Shown: positions 1 to 9,387 of the stretch, in pieces
Numbering within the stretch: the stretch's first letter is position 1
Layout: each line of letters begins with the position of its first letter
Origin: Candidatus Latescibacterota bacterium
GTDB lineage: Bacteria > Latescibacterota > UBA2968 > GCA-2709665
NCBI GenBank assembly: GCA_965219455.1
Contig: OZ244744.1
Location: forward strand, 2,112,001 to 2,176,000
Length of the DNA stretch: 64,000 nt
Direction: 5' to 3'
Position numbers and translations under genes: made by a program
The notes under the pieces: model-generated
The model's input: only the letters and a program-made list of their open reading frames with translations
Told to the model about the DNA's origin: nothing
The model's database searches: none

Positions 1-267
1 ATTCACCTTGCTGCCGCCGGACATCCCCTGATTGACGATCCCCTGTATCGTGCCGGTGGCCTGCCCGTCGTTACACCCGCTGGAGATCGTGCTCCGCTCC
101 CCGGTGACGCAGGATACCACCTTCACGCGCATCAACTCCACTTTACCCACCCGGCCACACGTCGCAATGTAGACCTCACGTGCCCGCCGCCTCCAATCCT
201 CCGCACACCGGAAGAGATTGCCGAAATTCGGCCAGCGAGTCGCCCGGCTCGCAAGGCGCCTGAGTGA
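1..267 (+). CDS. RluA-family pseudouridine synthase, 3' part (5' end outside window)
   Basis: Frame +1, translated by hand: IHLAAAGHPLIDDPLY...YHLHAHQLHFTHP...CPPP, matching the RluA C-terminal motifs (HLxxxGHPxxGDxxY; LHAxxLxFxHP). Stop TGA 265-267. Confidence 0.8.
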   Translation: MHLAAAGHPLIDDPLYRAGGLPVVTPAGDRAPLPGDAGYHLHAHQLHFTHPATRRNVDLTCPPPPILRTPEEIAEIRPASRPARKAPE

Positions 268-414
268 GTCGACCTGCGGAAGGTCGGAGAGCGAGAAGGC
301 ACTTCGACAAGCAGGCTTCGACAGGCGCGCTTTGACAAGCTCAGTGCGAGCAACGCGGCGGGACGGGATGAATCGGCGGAAGTATGGTGACATATTTCCG
401 GGAAAGGTCGCTAG
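208..414. repeat. Modular MITE-like repeat family A, copy 1
   Basis: Shares AATTCGGCC..CGAGTCGCCCGGCT, CTTCGACA(A/G)GC, GACGGGATGAAT and GGCGGAAGTATGGTGACATATTTCCGGGAAAGG with copies at 19314, 27293 and 59082. Ends at CTAG 411-414. Confidence 0.7.
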
Positions 415-1193
415 TCCCTGATTCTGGTCGTCTTATCCGTAAGCGCCTGCTCGATGTGTCTTCCGGTGAAACCCACGGCTTTTCGCAGATCGGCGCCGCG
501 CAGGTCTGTATTCTGAAAGTTGGCCTTATAGAGGTCGGTGTTTTCCATTCGGGCCTTGATGAGGCTCGCGCACCGGAGGTCGGCCTGTACCAGGTCGGCA
601 TTCTGCAGCCTGGCGCTCTGCAGATCGGCCTTCCTGAAGTCAACCCCCAGAAGGTTGGCACCCTGGAGGTTGGCGCCTCTCAAATTGGCGCCGCGGAGGT
701 CGGCGTTGAGAAGATTGGCGTCCTGAAGGCGCGCCTTTCGCAGATCGGCTCCGTAAAGCGTGGCATCGCGAAGGTTGGCTCCCCGCAGTGTGGCATCCCG
801 CAGCCGGGCACCGGAAAGATCGGCATTCGTTAGATCGGCGAGTTCCAGGTCTGAGGGCGCAAGATCGACGTTTTTGAGATTTGCGCCCCGGAATAACGCT
901 CGCTGGAGGCGGGCGCCGGAGAAATTGGCGTCTTGAAGGTTTGCATCCCGAAAGTTGGCTTCGTAGAGCCTGGCGCGCTGCAGATTGGCGCCATGCAGGT
1001 CCGCGTTCTGGAAGCGCACGCCGCTGAGGGTGGCTTCGCTCAGGTCGGCGTATTCGAGTCTGGCATCCTGGAGTTCAGCCCGATTCAGGTTCACGCCGGA
1101 CAATTCAGCCCGTTCTCCGGTTGTTCCTCCGGAATCGATCCACGCGCGGTGTCGGTCGATGACAAGCCGCAGTTCAGAGGGCGACATTGACAT
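411..1193 (-). CDS. Pentapeptide repeat protein
   Basis: Continuous A(D/N)LxxA(D/N)L repeats after a typical HRAWIDSGG..GERAEL N-cap. Confidence 0.92.
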   Translation of the reverse strand: MSMSPSELRLVIDRHRAWIDSGGTTGERAELSGVNLNRAELQDARLEYADLSEATLSGVRFQNADLHGANLQRARLYEANFRDANLQDANFSGARLQRALFRGANLKNVDLAPSDLELADLTNADLSGARLRDATLRGANLRDATLYGADLRKARLQDANLLNADLRGANLRGANLQGANLLGVDFRKADLQSARLQNADLVQADLRCASLIKARMENTDLYKANFQNTDLRGADLRKAVGFTGRHIEQALTDKTTRIRD

Positions 1194-1242
1194 TTGGAAT
1201 ACCCGTCTGGTCTGAAAACAAGCCGTCAGCCGTCACACCGAG

Positions 1243-1403
1243 GTAAGAAGTGAGACGGAAGACGTTAGACGTGAGAAATAGCAAAGCGCGAAACACTATC
1301 GGGTGTGGGGTGGCCTGCTTCCCTATCACCTCTACCTTCACACTTCTGGCGTCTCGCTCTTGTCCGGGTGCGGTCCTCCAACTTCTTACGTCTACAGTCT
1401 CAC
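1243..1403. repeat. Inverted pair of degenerate 7-nt tandem arrays
   Basis: GTAAGAA GTGAGAC GGAAGAC GTTAGAC GTGAGA at 1243-1276; its reverse-complement counterpart ACTTCTTACGTCTACAGTCTCAC at 1381-1403. Confidence 0.5.
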
Positions 1404-1409
1404 CGTTTC

Positions 1410-1445
1410 CTGGAATTCACACCTGTTACGCGGTGTGAATTCCAG
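1410..1445. terminator. 14-bp perfect inverted repeat overlapping the cyclo-ligase stop codon
   Basis: CTGGAATTCACACC-N8-GGTGTGAATTCCAG; no clear U-tract. Confidence 0.4.
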
Positions 1446-1986
1446 ATTCCGTAATAATCAGGTCCATTGGGATATCGCGAGGGCCTGTCGGCAGACGATC
1501 GAAGAGTTGGAAGTCGTATGCCAGGCCGACTTTGGTAGCGGGGGTCAGCGAAAGGAAACGGTCGTAGTAGCCGGCGCCGAAGCCGATGCGGTTTCCAGTG
1601 CGGTCAAAGGCCAGACCGGGAACGAGAACGATGTCGAAGGTGTCCGGTGGAACCTCGACCCCCGCCTCGCCGGACGGCTCCAGCAGGCCGAAGCCCGACG
1701 GCTTCAATTCAGCCAGGCCGCGAATTTCCCGGTGGACCAGCACGTGGCTCGGCTTTGCTACAGGCACCGCAACCCGCTTGCCGCTATCCAGGGCAAAATC
1801 GATGAGGGTATGCGTATCGACTTCGTTCCTGACAGAGACGTAGCTCGCCAGGCATCCGGCGCGGCGGTAGACGTCCTGGCCGGTGAGGCGCGCGACGATG
1901 TGTTCGCTCCTGGTGCGGACTTCCCCCGGTAACAGTTCCGACCGTCGGTTCTTCATGGTATTTCGAATTTGATTTTTGGAAGGCAT
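1426..1986 (-). CDS. fau: 5-formyltetrahydrofolate cyclo-ligase
   Basis: Motifs NEVDT, GLLEP, DIVLVPGLAFD..GNRIGFGAGYYDRFL, RDIPMD.IITE. Confidence 0.92.
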   Translation of the reverse strand: MPSKNQIRNTMKNRRSELLPGEVRTRSEHIVARLTGQDVYRRAGCLASYVSVRNEVDTHTLIDFALDSGKRVAVPVAKPSHVLVHREIRGLAELKPSGFGLLEPSGEAGVEVPPDTFDIVLVPGLAFDRTGNRIGFGAGYYDRFLSLTPATKVGLAYDFQLFDRLPTGPRDIPMDLIITESGIHTA

Positions 1987-2032
1987 CAGTGTCGTTCCGC
2001 CTCAACGCCTGTCTGCGCCGTCGGGATTCATA

Positions 2033-2061
2033 ACTATACCTCGAGTGTGGCGGGTTGTCAA
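2033..2061 (-). promoter_or_regulatory. Sigma70-type promoter for the cyclo-ligase
   Basis: Minus strand TTGACA-17 bp-TATAGT. Confidence 0.7.
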
Positions 2062-2127
2062 GACAGGAGCGCGCCAGCGGACCGGTATTGCCGGTCGGGA
2101 CCGGCGTGGCCGGACGGAAAAGTTCGC

Positions 2128-2156
2128 TTGACTTTGACTGTGTGGACTTTTAAATT
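2128..2156 (+). promoter_or_regulatory. Sigma70-type promoter for the uppS operon
   Basis: TTGACT-17 bp-TAAATT, about 50 bp upstream of uppS. Confidence 0.55.
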
Positions 2157-2205
2157 TACAAATGCCGATTTTTAAGGTAATAACGGCAAATCCTGAGAGG
2201 GAATC

Positions 2206-3021
2206 TTGGATCGCCACGATGTGGAAATTCAGAATGAACTGAAGGCAGACGGCAACCTCCCGGGGCATGTTGCCATAATAATGGACGGGAATGGCCGCTG
2301 GGCGCAAAAGCATGGGCTGGGCAGAACCCAGGGACACCGTTCAGGGCGAAATGTCGTGCGCGACGTCGTGCGGGCTTGTGGCGAACTGGGAATCGATATT
2401 CTCACTCTGTTTACGTTCGGGACGGATAATTGGCGGCGCCCCTGGCGGGAAATTCTTGCTTTAATGCAATTGTTGCGCGACGCTTCGGTTGAAGAACTGG
2501 AGGAACTCCAGGAAAACAAGGTGCGCCTTATCGCTACCGGCGATACGAACCGTCTGGCCAGGCAAACGCGGCGGGCGTTGAGGTCTGCCATGCGCAGGAC
2601 GGCTGGAAATTCCGGGTTGACGTTGAATCTGGCGTTGAGTTACGATGGCCGTAACGACATTCTTCACGCCGTCAGAGGGATTGCCGCCGAGGTGCAGCAG
2701 GGAAAGATCAGCAGCGATGGAATCGACGAGAAGCTGTTTTCGAAGATGCTATACACTGTTGACCTTCCGGACCCCGATCTACTGATCCGCACCAGTGGTG
2801 AGTTTCGTCTGAGTAATTTTATGCTGTGGCAATGTGCTTACACGGAGTTCTGGTTCACGCCGGTCTTGTGGCCCGATTTCAGGCGCGAGCATCTATACGA
2901 AGCCATTCGGGCGTATCAGTCCAGAGAGCGGCGTTTCGGAAAGACCAGCGCGCAGGTCCGTTCTACGGCGGTTGGCGCCGGGAACGGGGTTGCGAAGCGG
3001 ATGGGCGCGGCGACGGGATAG
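2206..3021 (+). CDS. uppS: Undecaprenyl diphosphate synthase
   Basis: HVAIIMDGNGRWA, NWRRP, PDPDLLIRTSGEFRLSNFMLWQ, RERRFG. TTG start after GAGAGGGA. Confidence 0.96.
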   Translation: MDRHDVEIQNELKADGNLPGHVAIIMDGNGRWAQKHGLGRTQGHRSGRNVVRDVVRACGELGIDILTLFTFGTDNWRRPWREILALMQLLRDASVEELEELQENKVRLIATGDTNRLARQTRRALRSAMRRTAGNSGLTLNLALSYDGRNDILHAVRGIAAEVQQGKISSDGIDEKLFSKMLYTVDLPDPDLLIRTSGEFRLSNFMLWQCAYTEFWFTPVLWPDFRREHLYEAIRAYQSRERRFGKTSAQVRSTAVGAGNGVAKRMGAATG

Positions 3022-3070
3022 AAACTCACGCATCGGGTTTCACTCGAATTCTCGCTTCCGTCATGCAGGG

Positions 3071-3901
3071 GTGGTTTTGGCGGTACAATCGAATCTGTTT
3101 CACCGGATCTTAGCGGCGGCGGTCTTTGGGCCGCTTTTTCTGGTTCTGTTTTGGTTTGGTGGAATTCCGCTCCTCATTGGCGTGTGCCTGGTGGCTGCGG
3201 GTGGGACGTGGGAGTACTGCCAGATGCAGAAAAAGCGAGGGCTGCATCCCTGGACGGGAGTCGGGGTTGCGGCCTCTTCGGTTTGGTGCCTGTGGTTGAA
3301 CGGGTTCGGAGAGCGATTCTGGCTGATTCCAGCCACAGTGATTCTGCTTGTTCTGCTAACCCTGGCGCTGGGACAACGGGAGGGTCGATTCCGGCTGGCT
3401 GACGCCGAGGCGACCTTTGTCGGTACGTGTTATATCGGGTTGCTGTCCGCTTTTGCGCTGCTGGTACGGAACTATTCCGGATTTGAGACGGCTGAAGCCG
3501 GCGCCGCGTGGTTTGCCATTGTGGTACTCCTGGGAATCTGGGGCACGGATATCCTCGCCTATTTTGCGGGGCGTCTTTGGGGTAAACGACATCCTTTCCC
3601 GCTGATCAGTCCGGGTAAGACGGGCGCGGGTTTCGCGGGCGGAATCGTCGGGGCGATGGCGGTAATGTCCACCGGGGGCCACATCTTGAAGTTATACACG
3701 CTTCCAGCGGGTATCGCGCTGGGGATCGTGGTGGGCGTTAGCGCTCTATGGGGAGACCTGGTCGAATCGATGATCAAACGGAACGCGGGGGTCAAAGATG
3801 CTTCCGCCCTGATTCCCGGGCACGGCGGCGTGCTGGACCGATTCGACAGTTTTCTATTTGTGTACCCTGTGGTTTATCTTTACCTACGCGTGTTTCATTA
3901 G
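3071..3901 (+). CDS. cdsA: Phosphatidate cytidylyltransferase (start approximate)
   Basis: Multi-TM; DILAYFAG, ISPGKT, GDLVESMIKR..GVKD..LIPGHGGVLDRFDS; syntenic with uppS and dxr. Confidence 0.94.
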   Translation: MVLAVQSNLFHRILAAAVFGPLFLVLFWFGGIPLLIGVCLVAAGGTWEYCQMQKKRGLHPWTGVGVAASSVWCLWLNGFGERFWLIPATVILLVLLTLALGQREGRFRLADAEATFVGTCYIGLLSAFALLVRNYSGFETAEAGAAWFAIVVLLGIWGTDILAYFAGRLWGKRHPFPLISPGKTGAGFAGGIVGAMAVMSTGGHILKLYTLPAGIALGIVVGVSALWGDLVESMIKRNAGVKDASALIPGHGGVLDRFDSFLFVYPVVYLYLRVFH

Positions 3902-3963
3902 ACGTTCGGGCATACCGGAAACCTGCATTTACATTCACCCGTTGACTTGAACTGGATCTGTGT

Positions 3964-5121
3964 ATGAAGCGAGTTGCGCTGCTTGGGTCCACGGGATCTA
4001 TCGGCACCAGTACGCTGGACGTACTGGCCGGTCTGCCTGAACGATTCGAAGTGGAATGCCTCAGCGCCGGACGCAATATCGACCTGCTCTGCGAGCAGGT
4101 GACGCGTTTCCGGCCGAAACGGGTCTGCGTGGGCGAAGAGAACGCGAAAGACGCAGGCGAAAGGCGTGAGTTGCAGGGTGTTGAGGTGTTACACGGTTCT
4201 GACGGACTCCTCGCGTTGGCGACGGATTCGGAAGTGGATCTGGTAATCAACGGGCTGGTGGCGGGGGTAGGACTGCGGCCAACCCTGGCGGCGGTCGAGG
4301 CAGGCAAGGACGTCGCCATCGCAAATAAGGAAACACTGGTCGTAGCGGGGCATCTGGTAACAGATCTCGCGGCGCGGAACGGCGTGCGGTTGATTCCGCT
4401 GGATAGCGAACTGACACCTTTGTGGCAGAGCCTGCAGGAAGTCCCGCAGCAGCAGGTGACGCGCATCGTGCTTTCCGCCTCCGGAGGTCCGTTTTTCAAG
4501 ATGTCATTGGACGAGATGGCCCGTGCGACACCCGACGAGGCCCTCCGTCATCCGACGTGGCGGATGGGACCGAAGATCACCATCGATTCCGCTACCTTGA
4601 TGAACAAGGGTTTCGAGGTGATCGAGTCCCACTGGTTTCTAGGGCTCGACATCGAACAGATCGATGTCGTGATTCACCGGCAGTCGATCGTGCATTGTCT
4701 TGTGGAGTTCCTGGATGGAAGCCTGACCGCGCATTTGAGCCGGCCCGATATGCGACTGCCTATTCAGCAGGCGTTGACCCATCCGGACCGGCTGCCGACA
4801 GCCGTTCCTTCGCTGGACCTGGTGGCTACGGGTTCGTTGAGTTTCGATGCGCCGGACCTGGAGCGATTTCCGTGCCTTGCGCTGGCATATGAAGTGGGCC
4901 GTGCGGGTGGTACGGCGGCGGCGGTACTGAATGCAGCCAACGAGATTGGTGTCTATTCCTTTCTGGAAGGGCGCATCGGGTTTCTGGATGTACCGGACGT
5001 CGTACGCCGGACCCTCGATGCGCATATCAACGCATCAGGCTCGAATCTCGATGCGGTGTTTGAAGCGGACCGCTGGGGGCGAGAGAAGGCAAGGGAGTTT
5101 GCCGCACGCCTGGAAACCTAG
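3964..5121 (+). CDS. dxr: 1-deoxy-D-xylulose-5-phosphate reductoisomerase
   Basis: LGSTGSIG, ANKETLV, ASGGPF, HPTWRMGPKITIDSATLMNKG, PDMRLPI, NAANE. Confidence 0.96.
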   Translation: MKRVALLGSTGSIGTSTLDVLAGLPERFEVECLSAGRNIDLLCEQVTRFRPKRVCVGEENAKDAGERRELQGVEVLHGSDGLLALATDSEVDLVINGLVAGVGLRPTLAAVEAGKDVAIANKETLVVAGHLVTDLAARNGVRLIPLDSELTPLWQSLQEVPQQQVTRIVLSASGGPFFKMSLDEMARATPDEALRHPTWRMGPKITIDSATLMNKGFEVIESHWFLGLDIEQIDVVIHRQSIVHCLVEFLDGSLTAHLSRPDMRLPIQQALTHPDRLPTAVPSLDLVATGSLSFDAPDLERFPCLALAYEVGRAGGTAAAVLNAANEIGVYSFLEGRIGFLDVPDVVRRTLDAHINASGSNLDAVFEADRWGREKAREFAARLET

Positions 5122-5248
5122 TGTCCCGTCCCGGAACACAAGTTCGAAACAATCCCGAAACCTCCGCGCCAGGACCGGAAAGCCGAATGGATATACCTCG
5201 CGTGCCTTTTCGTACGCGGGAATCCCTCCGACTCGTCCGGCCCGAATT
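5118..5248. repeat. MITE family A remnant
   Basis: CTAGTGTCCCGTCCCGGAA (terminal-repeat-like) starts at the dxr stop. An inverted core CGACTCGTCCGGCCCGAATT lies at 5229-5248. Confidence 0.45.
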
Positions 5249-5277
5249 GCGGGGATTCCCTACAGGAGCTGAGCGCT

Positions 5278-6585
5278 TTGGAATTTCTGGAAACCATCTT
5301 TTATTTCATTCTCGTATTGGGTGTACTGGTTTTCGTACACGAATTCGGTCATTTCGCTGTGGCCAAAAAGTCGGGTATTCGCGTGGAGCAGTTCTCTCTG
5401 GGATTTCCGCCCAAGGCGTTCGGGATAACGGTTGGCGAGACCGAGTATTGCATTTCCTGGCTGCCCATCGGAGGATACGTGAAGGTGGCGGGAATGTCGG
5501 ACTTTGGCAGTGCGGAAGTCAAGCGACAGCCGTGGGAATTTCAGTCGAAGCCCAGGGGAATTCAGATGGCGGTAATGGTCGCAGGGCCCATTATGAATTT
5601 CCTGCTTGGTTTCATGCTCATTCTGGGGCTGCGTCTCGCGCTGGGTGACTATGTTCTGCAGACGACTAAGGTAGGCCGGATCGAGGCTACGTCTCCGTTT
5701 TACGGGGCGGGTTTGCGCACGGATGACCGCATCCTCTCGGTTAACGGGACCCCGGTGGAAAACTGGGGCGGGCTGATCGAAACATACAACGCGGGTGGCG
5801 CCGGGGACGTTGCCTTGGAAGTGGCTCGCGGCGAGGACATGGTGTCCCTTGTGGCGACACGCGATCCCGGACAGAAGTTGGGTTTCGATCCTTTCCTGCC
5901 TCCGACTGCCGGGTCGGTGATGCCCGGGTACCCGGCTGCCAAAGGGGGGATGGAGCCCGGAGACCGTGTGCTATCGATCGCCGGTGAATCCGTGAGTGGA
6001 TGGGACGAGATGAGAACGAAGATTTCCGCGAGGCCGGGGCAGGAGACCGAGGTCCGGTGGTTGCGCGGCGAAGAGGAGATGTCGGCGCGACTCGTGCCTC
6101 GGCCCCAGCGAGGTGAGGGGCGAACCATCGGTGTGATTGGCATCGGCCCGTCCTATGAGCCCAGCGCTCGGGTGCCGGTGACGCTTATCACCGCCATCGA
6201 GCACAGTGGGCGGGACCTTGTGGGTTATACCACGCTCATTTTCGTGCTCATCAAGCGCCTGGTCCTTGGCGAGATATCGGGAGGCATGATCGCGGGCCCG
6301 GTAGGAATCGCTCAGATGGCGGGGAGCAAGGCGCGGGAAGGATTGGAAGCGTTACTCGATTTTATGGCCATGCTGAGTATAAACCTCGCCGTCCTGAACC
6401 TGTTACCTATCCCAGCGCTGGACGGGGGCCATCTGATGATCCTGAGCGTAGAAGCCATTTCACGACGTTCGCTTTCCGCGCGGCAGAAAGAGCGGCTCCA
6501 ACAAGTCGGGTTTGTATTCCTGCTGGGTCTTATGGTGTATGTGACCTTTGGTGACATTGGCCGGATCTGGGGGTTGTTTTACTGA
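5278..6585 (+). CDS. rseP: RIP metalloprotease RseP (site-2 protease, 2 PDZ domains)
   Basis: HEFGH, LPIGGYV, AGPIMN, two PDZ segments, NLLPIPALDGG. Confidence 0.96.
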   Translation: MEFLETIFYFILVLGVLVFVHEFGHFAVAKKSGIRVEQFSLGFPPKAFGITVGETEYCISWLPIGGYVKVAGMSDFGSAEVKRQPWEFQSKPRGIQMAVMVAGPIMNFLLGFMLILGLRLALGDYVLQTTKVGRIEATSPFYGAGLRTDDRILSVNGTPVENWGGLIETYNAGGAGDVALEVARGEDMVSLVATRDPGQKLGFDPFLPPTAGSVMPGYPAAKGGMEPGDRVLSIAGESVSGWDEMRTKISARPGQETEVRWLRGEEEMSARLVPRPQRGEGRTIGVIGIGPSYEPSARVPVTLITAIEHSGRDLVGYTTLIFVLIKRLVLGEISGGMIAGPVGIAQMAGSKAREGLEALLDFMAMLSINLAVLNLLPIPALDGGHLMILSVEAISRRSLSARQKERLQQVGFVFLLGLMVYVTFGDIGRIWGLFY

Positions 6586-6613
6586 TCCCGACGAAGCTGT
6601 TTCAGCATGGCCG

Positions 6614-6655
6614 AAAAAATGAAGGCGGGTTCGAAAACCCGCCTTCATTTTTTTT
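6614..6655. terminator. Bidirectional intrinsic terminator
   Basis: AAAAAATGAAGGCGGGTT-CGAA-AACCCGCCTTCATTTTTTTT between convergent genes. Confidence 0.8.
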
Positions 6656-7007
6656 TGTTAACGTGACGTTTGCCAATGATGTTCCTCTTCGTGGTGTTCT
6701 TCCAACGTACGAAAACGCTATCGGCTTCGAGGGTTTCCATAATTCTCCCTGTCAGAACCTCCAACGCTTCGGGGTTCGCCTTCCAGGTTGCGATTAGGCG
6801 TTCGAGGTCTTTCTCGGTGAACTGAAGTCCTCGCAGCACGGCTTTTCGCTTGATGGCCAGACTGTCGGGATGTTCCGCGTAGCGATGATGCAGGCGAATA
6901 ACTTCGAGAACAACCTGTGCCAGTTGTGGTTCGGTGAGTTCGGATCCATTCCGGGCCGTGCAGGCCAGCAGGCCGGAAAACAGGAGAGCGAAGAGTATCG
7001 GTTTCAT
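6645..7007 (-). CDS. Small lipoprotein (DUF4296-like)
   Basis: Signal peptide with lipobox LLAC, then a helical domain with ..PDSL..K..VL. Confidence 0.65.
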   Translation of the reverse strand: MKPILFALLFSGLLACTARNGSELTEPQLAQVVLEVIRLHHRYAEHPDSLAIKRKAVLRGLQFTEKDLERLIATWKANPEALEVLTGRIMETLEADSVFVRWKNTTKRNIIGKRHVNKKK

Positions 7008-7294
7008 TGTCGAAAAGATATCCGGTCACGACGAAAGGGTCAAGGCAAAACAGCCCGAGACGAAATTCCGGGAGGGCAAACGGGATAACCAGAGCCCAAT
7101 CCGTCTCGTTCGCCGTGCCGTAAGAAACGGCCCGAGACAAAGGGCGCCCCTGCACAATATCTGGTATTTTTTTCGCAAGTTCGCCTCGATACCCACCACA
7201 TTTCCCCTTGGGAACTCGTTGCGTCATGTATGTGCACACATGGTCACGGGGTTGTTTTTTTTAAAGATACAGCGAAAAATCGGTTAGAAATTCC

Positions 7295-7323
7295 TTGACT
7301 TTTGTATGGCCAAGTCCTAATAT
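7295..7323 (+). promoter_or_regulatory. dcw (mraZ) promoter
   Basis: TTGACT-17 bp-TAATAT. Confidence 0.7.
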
Positions 7324-7358
7324 GGTGGTGGAAAGTGGTGGAAAGTGGTGAATCGGGG
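7324..7358 (+). promoter_or_regulatory. MraZ-binding direct repeats
   Basis: GGTGGTGGAAAGTGGTGGAAAGTGGTG (10-nt period GTGG boxes) right after the promoter. An inverted copy CCCACCACATTTCCCC lies near 7192-7207. Confidence 0.8.
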
Positions 7359-7522
7359 AGGGTCTGACAGATTGCGAAGATATCGCTCGGTAGGACGAGC
7401 CCCGACCAGTTAGTCGGGGCTTTTCTCCCGATCCGTGTCTTGGCGGGAGCGCATTAGAAACTCCTGTGCCGCCGGTGCGGATCCTGGCGCCGCAGAACAT
7501 CCGTATACTCCGGGTCACACAC

Positions 7523-7978
7523 ATGCCAGACGAAACGCCACTGTTCATCGGGGAATATGAGGATATTCCCGTCGATAACAAGGGTCGGCTGATTGTCCCC
7601 GCCGCTATTCGCCGGGTATTGCCAACACATGTCACTTCGCTTGTAATTGCCAGGTGGTTCGACGGCTGCCTGGCTGGATTTGATCCGATTGGTTGGCAGC
7701 AAGTCTTGCAGCAGATAAGAGAGGGGAACCATAAAGGAAAGGTGAAGCGGCAAATCGCCCGCTGGGTAATGGGTGGAGCGGCGGAGACGCGAATCGACCG
7801 GCAGGGTCGTCTATTGGTTCCTCGAAAGCTGCTTGATATGTCGGAAATTACGGATCGGGCGACGCTCAGCGGCGTGGGCAACAGGATCGAAATCTGGAAT
7901 CCGGCGCGATACAGCGCCGATATGAGCGATGTCGGCCAGAATTTGGAAGAATTCGCGGAAGATCTGGATATTCTCTAA
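7523..7978 (+). CDS. mraZ: Transcriptional regulator MraZ
   Basis: FIGEY..VDNKGRLIVP, IDRQGRLLVP, GVGNRIEIW. Confidence 0.95.
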   Translation: MPDETPLFIGEYEDIPVDNKGRLIVPAAIRRVLPTHVTSLVIARWFDGCLAGFDPIGWQQVLQQIREGNHKGKVKRQIARWVMGGAAETRIDRQGRLLVPRKLLDMSEITDRATLSGVGNRIEIWNPARYSADMSDVGQNLEEFAEDLDIL

Positions 7979-8084
7979 GTACCGGCGTCGGGTCGGTCAC
8001 ATTTATCTATCTGTACGCGATTGTGTGGAGGTGCGGGGGGTTTGTGCGACGTGAATAACGGGAAATTTTCTCAAGAATGCAAAT

Positions 8085-9020
8085 ATGCCCGGGGCCGTGG
8101 AATTTCATACGCCGGTTATGGGGCGGGAAACGGCCCACAGGGTGGTAAACGACCCGAACGGCGTGTACATCGATGGCACGGTGGGTGGTGGCGGCCATGC
8201 TGAATATATGATGGAGCGGATGGGCCGGCACGGACGACTGATCGGGATCGATCGAGATCCGGAGGCGGTTGAGGCTGCCTCCAGCCGCCTGCGCAGATTC
8301 TCGCGTCGGGTGGAAATAGTCGAGACGCCTTTCTGGGAATTGCCGCGGATTTTGGACAATCTCGGTGTAGGACGGATATCGGGGGCGATATTCGACCTCG
8401 GGGTATCTTCGCATCAAATCGAAGACGCCTCCCGTGGTTTCAGCTATCTCCGAAACGGACCCCTCGATATGCGTATGGGGCCCGATGCCCTCAGGTCCGC
8501 GCGGGATGTCGTGAACTCCTACTCCCTGGATAGGCTGACGCGAATTTTCAGGGTATTCGGAGAAGAACGTGCGGCCGGCCGGATTGCCCGGGCCATTTGC
8601 CGTCGGCGGGTCCGGAAACCGTTGGGAGATACATCGGAATTGGCCGAACTGATTGCGGAAACCACGCGGGGACCTCAATCCAAAAAGACCATGGCCAGGA
8701 TCTTTCAGTCGATCCGGATCGAAGTCAACAGTGAGTTGGAGCAGCTTCAGGAGACCCTCGAGTGTACGATCGGGAGGTTGACGCGGGGCGGACGAATTGG
8801 AATTCTGTCCTATCACTCGCTTGAAGATCGCACGGTGAAGAGGGTTTTCCGGTCGGCATTCCTGGGTTGCGTTTGCCCGCCGAAACTTCCCATTTGCGGA
8901 TGTGGTCGAGTCCCGCAGGTGCGTGTCCTGACCCCCGGAGGTATTCGCCCGGAACCGGAAGAGCGACAGCGAAACCCACGGTCCAGGAGCGCGACGTTGC
9001 GGGTCGCAGAGAGATTGTGA
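8085..9020 (+). CDS. rsmH: 16S rRNA m4C1402 methyltransferase
   Basis: HTPVM, DGTVGGGGH, DLGVSS.Q....RGFSY, PLDMRM, FQSIRIEVNSEL, SYHSLEDR, NPRSRSA. Confidence 0.97.
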   Translation: MPGAVEFHTPVMGRETAHRVVNDPNGVYIDGTVGGGGHAEYMMERMGRHGRLIGIDRDPEAVEAASSRLRRFSRRVEIVETPFWELPRILDNLGVGRISGAIFDLGVSSHQIEDASRGFSYLRNGPLDMRMGPDALRSARDVVNSYSLDRLTRIFRVFGEERAAGRIARAICRRRVRKPLGDTSELAELIAETTRGPQSKKTMARIFQSIRIEVNSELEQLQETLECTIGRLTRGGRIGILSYHSLEDRTVKRVFRSAFLGCVCPPKLPICGCGRVPQVRVLTPGGIRPEPEERQRNPRSRSATLRVAERL

Positions 9021-9051
9021 ATTCGATTGTTCGGAGTGAAAAGGAACGAGT

Positions 9052-9384
9052 ATGAACGCCAGTTCCGAAGTGAAAACGTCCGGTGGGTATCGATACGTAC
9101 TTTTAACCGTAGCGATGGTAGTTCTGGGTCTTTTGGGTTACCTGTGGGCGCAAGCGCAGACCGTGCGGCAGGGTGACGAGATCGCACGGCTTCGAACCGA
9201 GCACCAGCAACTGCTCCGCCAGCAGGAGCATTTCCGGGCGGAGGTCTCGGGGCTCCGAAGAAGCAGTCGTATCCGAGAGATCGCTTCAAATAGACTTGGG
9301 ATGGTGTTTCCGCAGGGTCCGCCTCAAAATCTGTACCTGGATGGGCAACCCGGCCGCCACGCTCTTTCAGATCACAAAAACTGA
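9052..9384 (+). CDS. ftsL: Cell division protein FtsL
   Basis: Single TM plus coiled coil, RIREIA...LGM; lies between rsmH and ftsI. Confidence 0.85.
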   Translation: MNASSEVKTSGGYRYVLLTVAMVVLGLLGYLWAQAQTVRQGDEIARLRTEHQQLLRQQEHFRAEVSGLRRSSRIREIASNRLGMVFPQGPPQNLYLDGQPGRHALSDHKN

Positions 9385-9387
9385 ACC

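Noticed and set aside
1987-2205. 6S RNA upstream of the 5-formyl-THF cyclo-ligase (common synteny)
   Set aside because: A near-consensus promoter lies only ~45 bp before the ATG, leaving no room for a ~180-nt RNA.
6718-7287. Overlapping ORFs upstream of mraZ
   Set aside because: No family features; they overlap the lipoprotein gene and the regulatory region.
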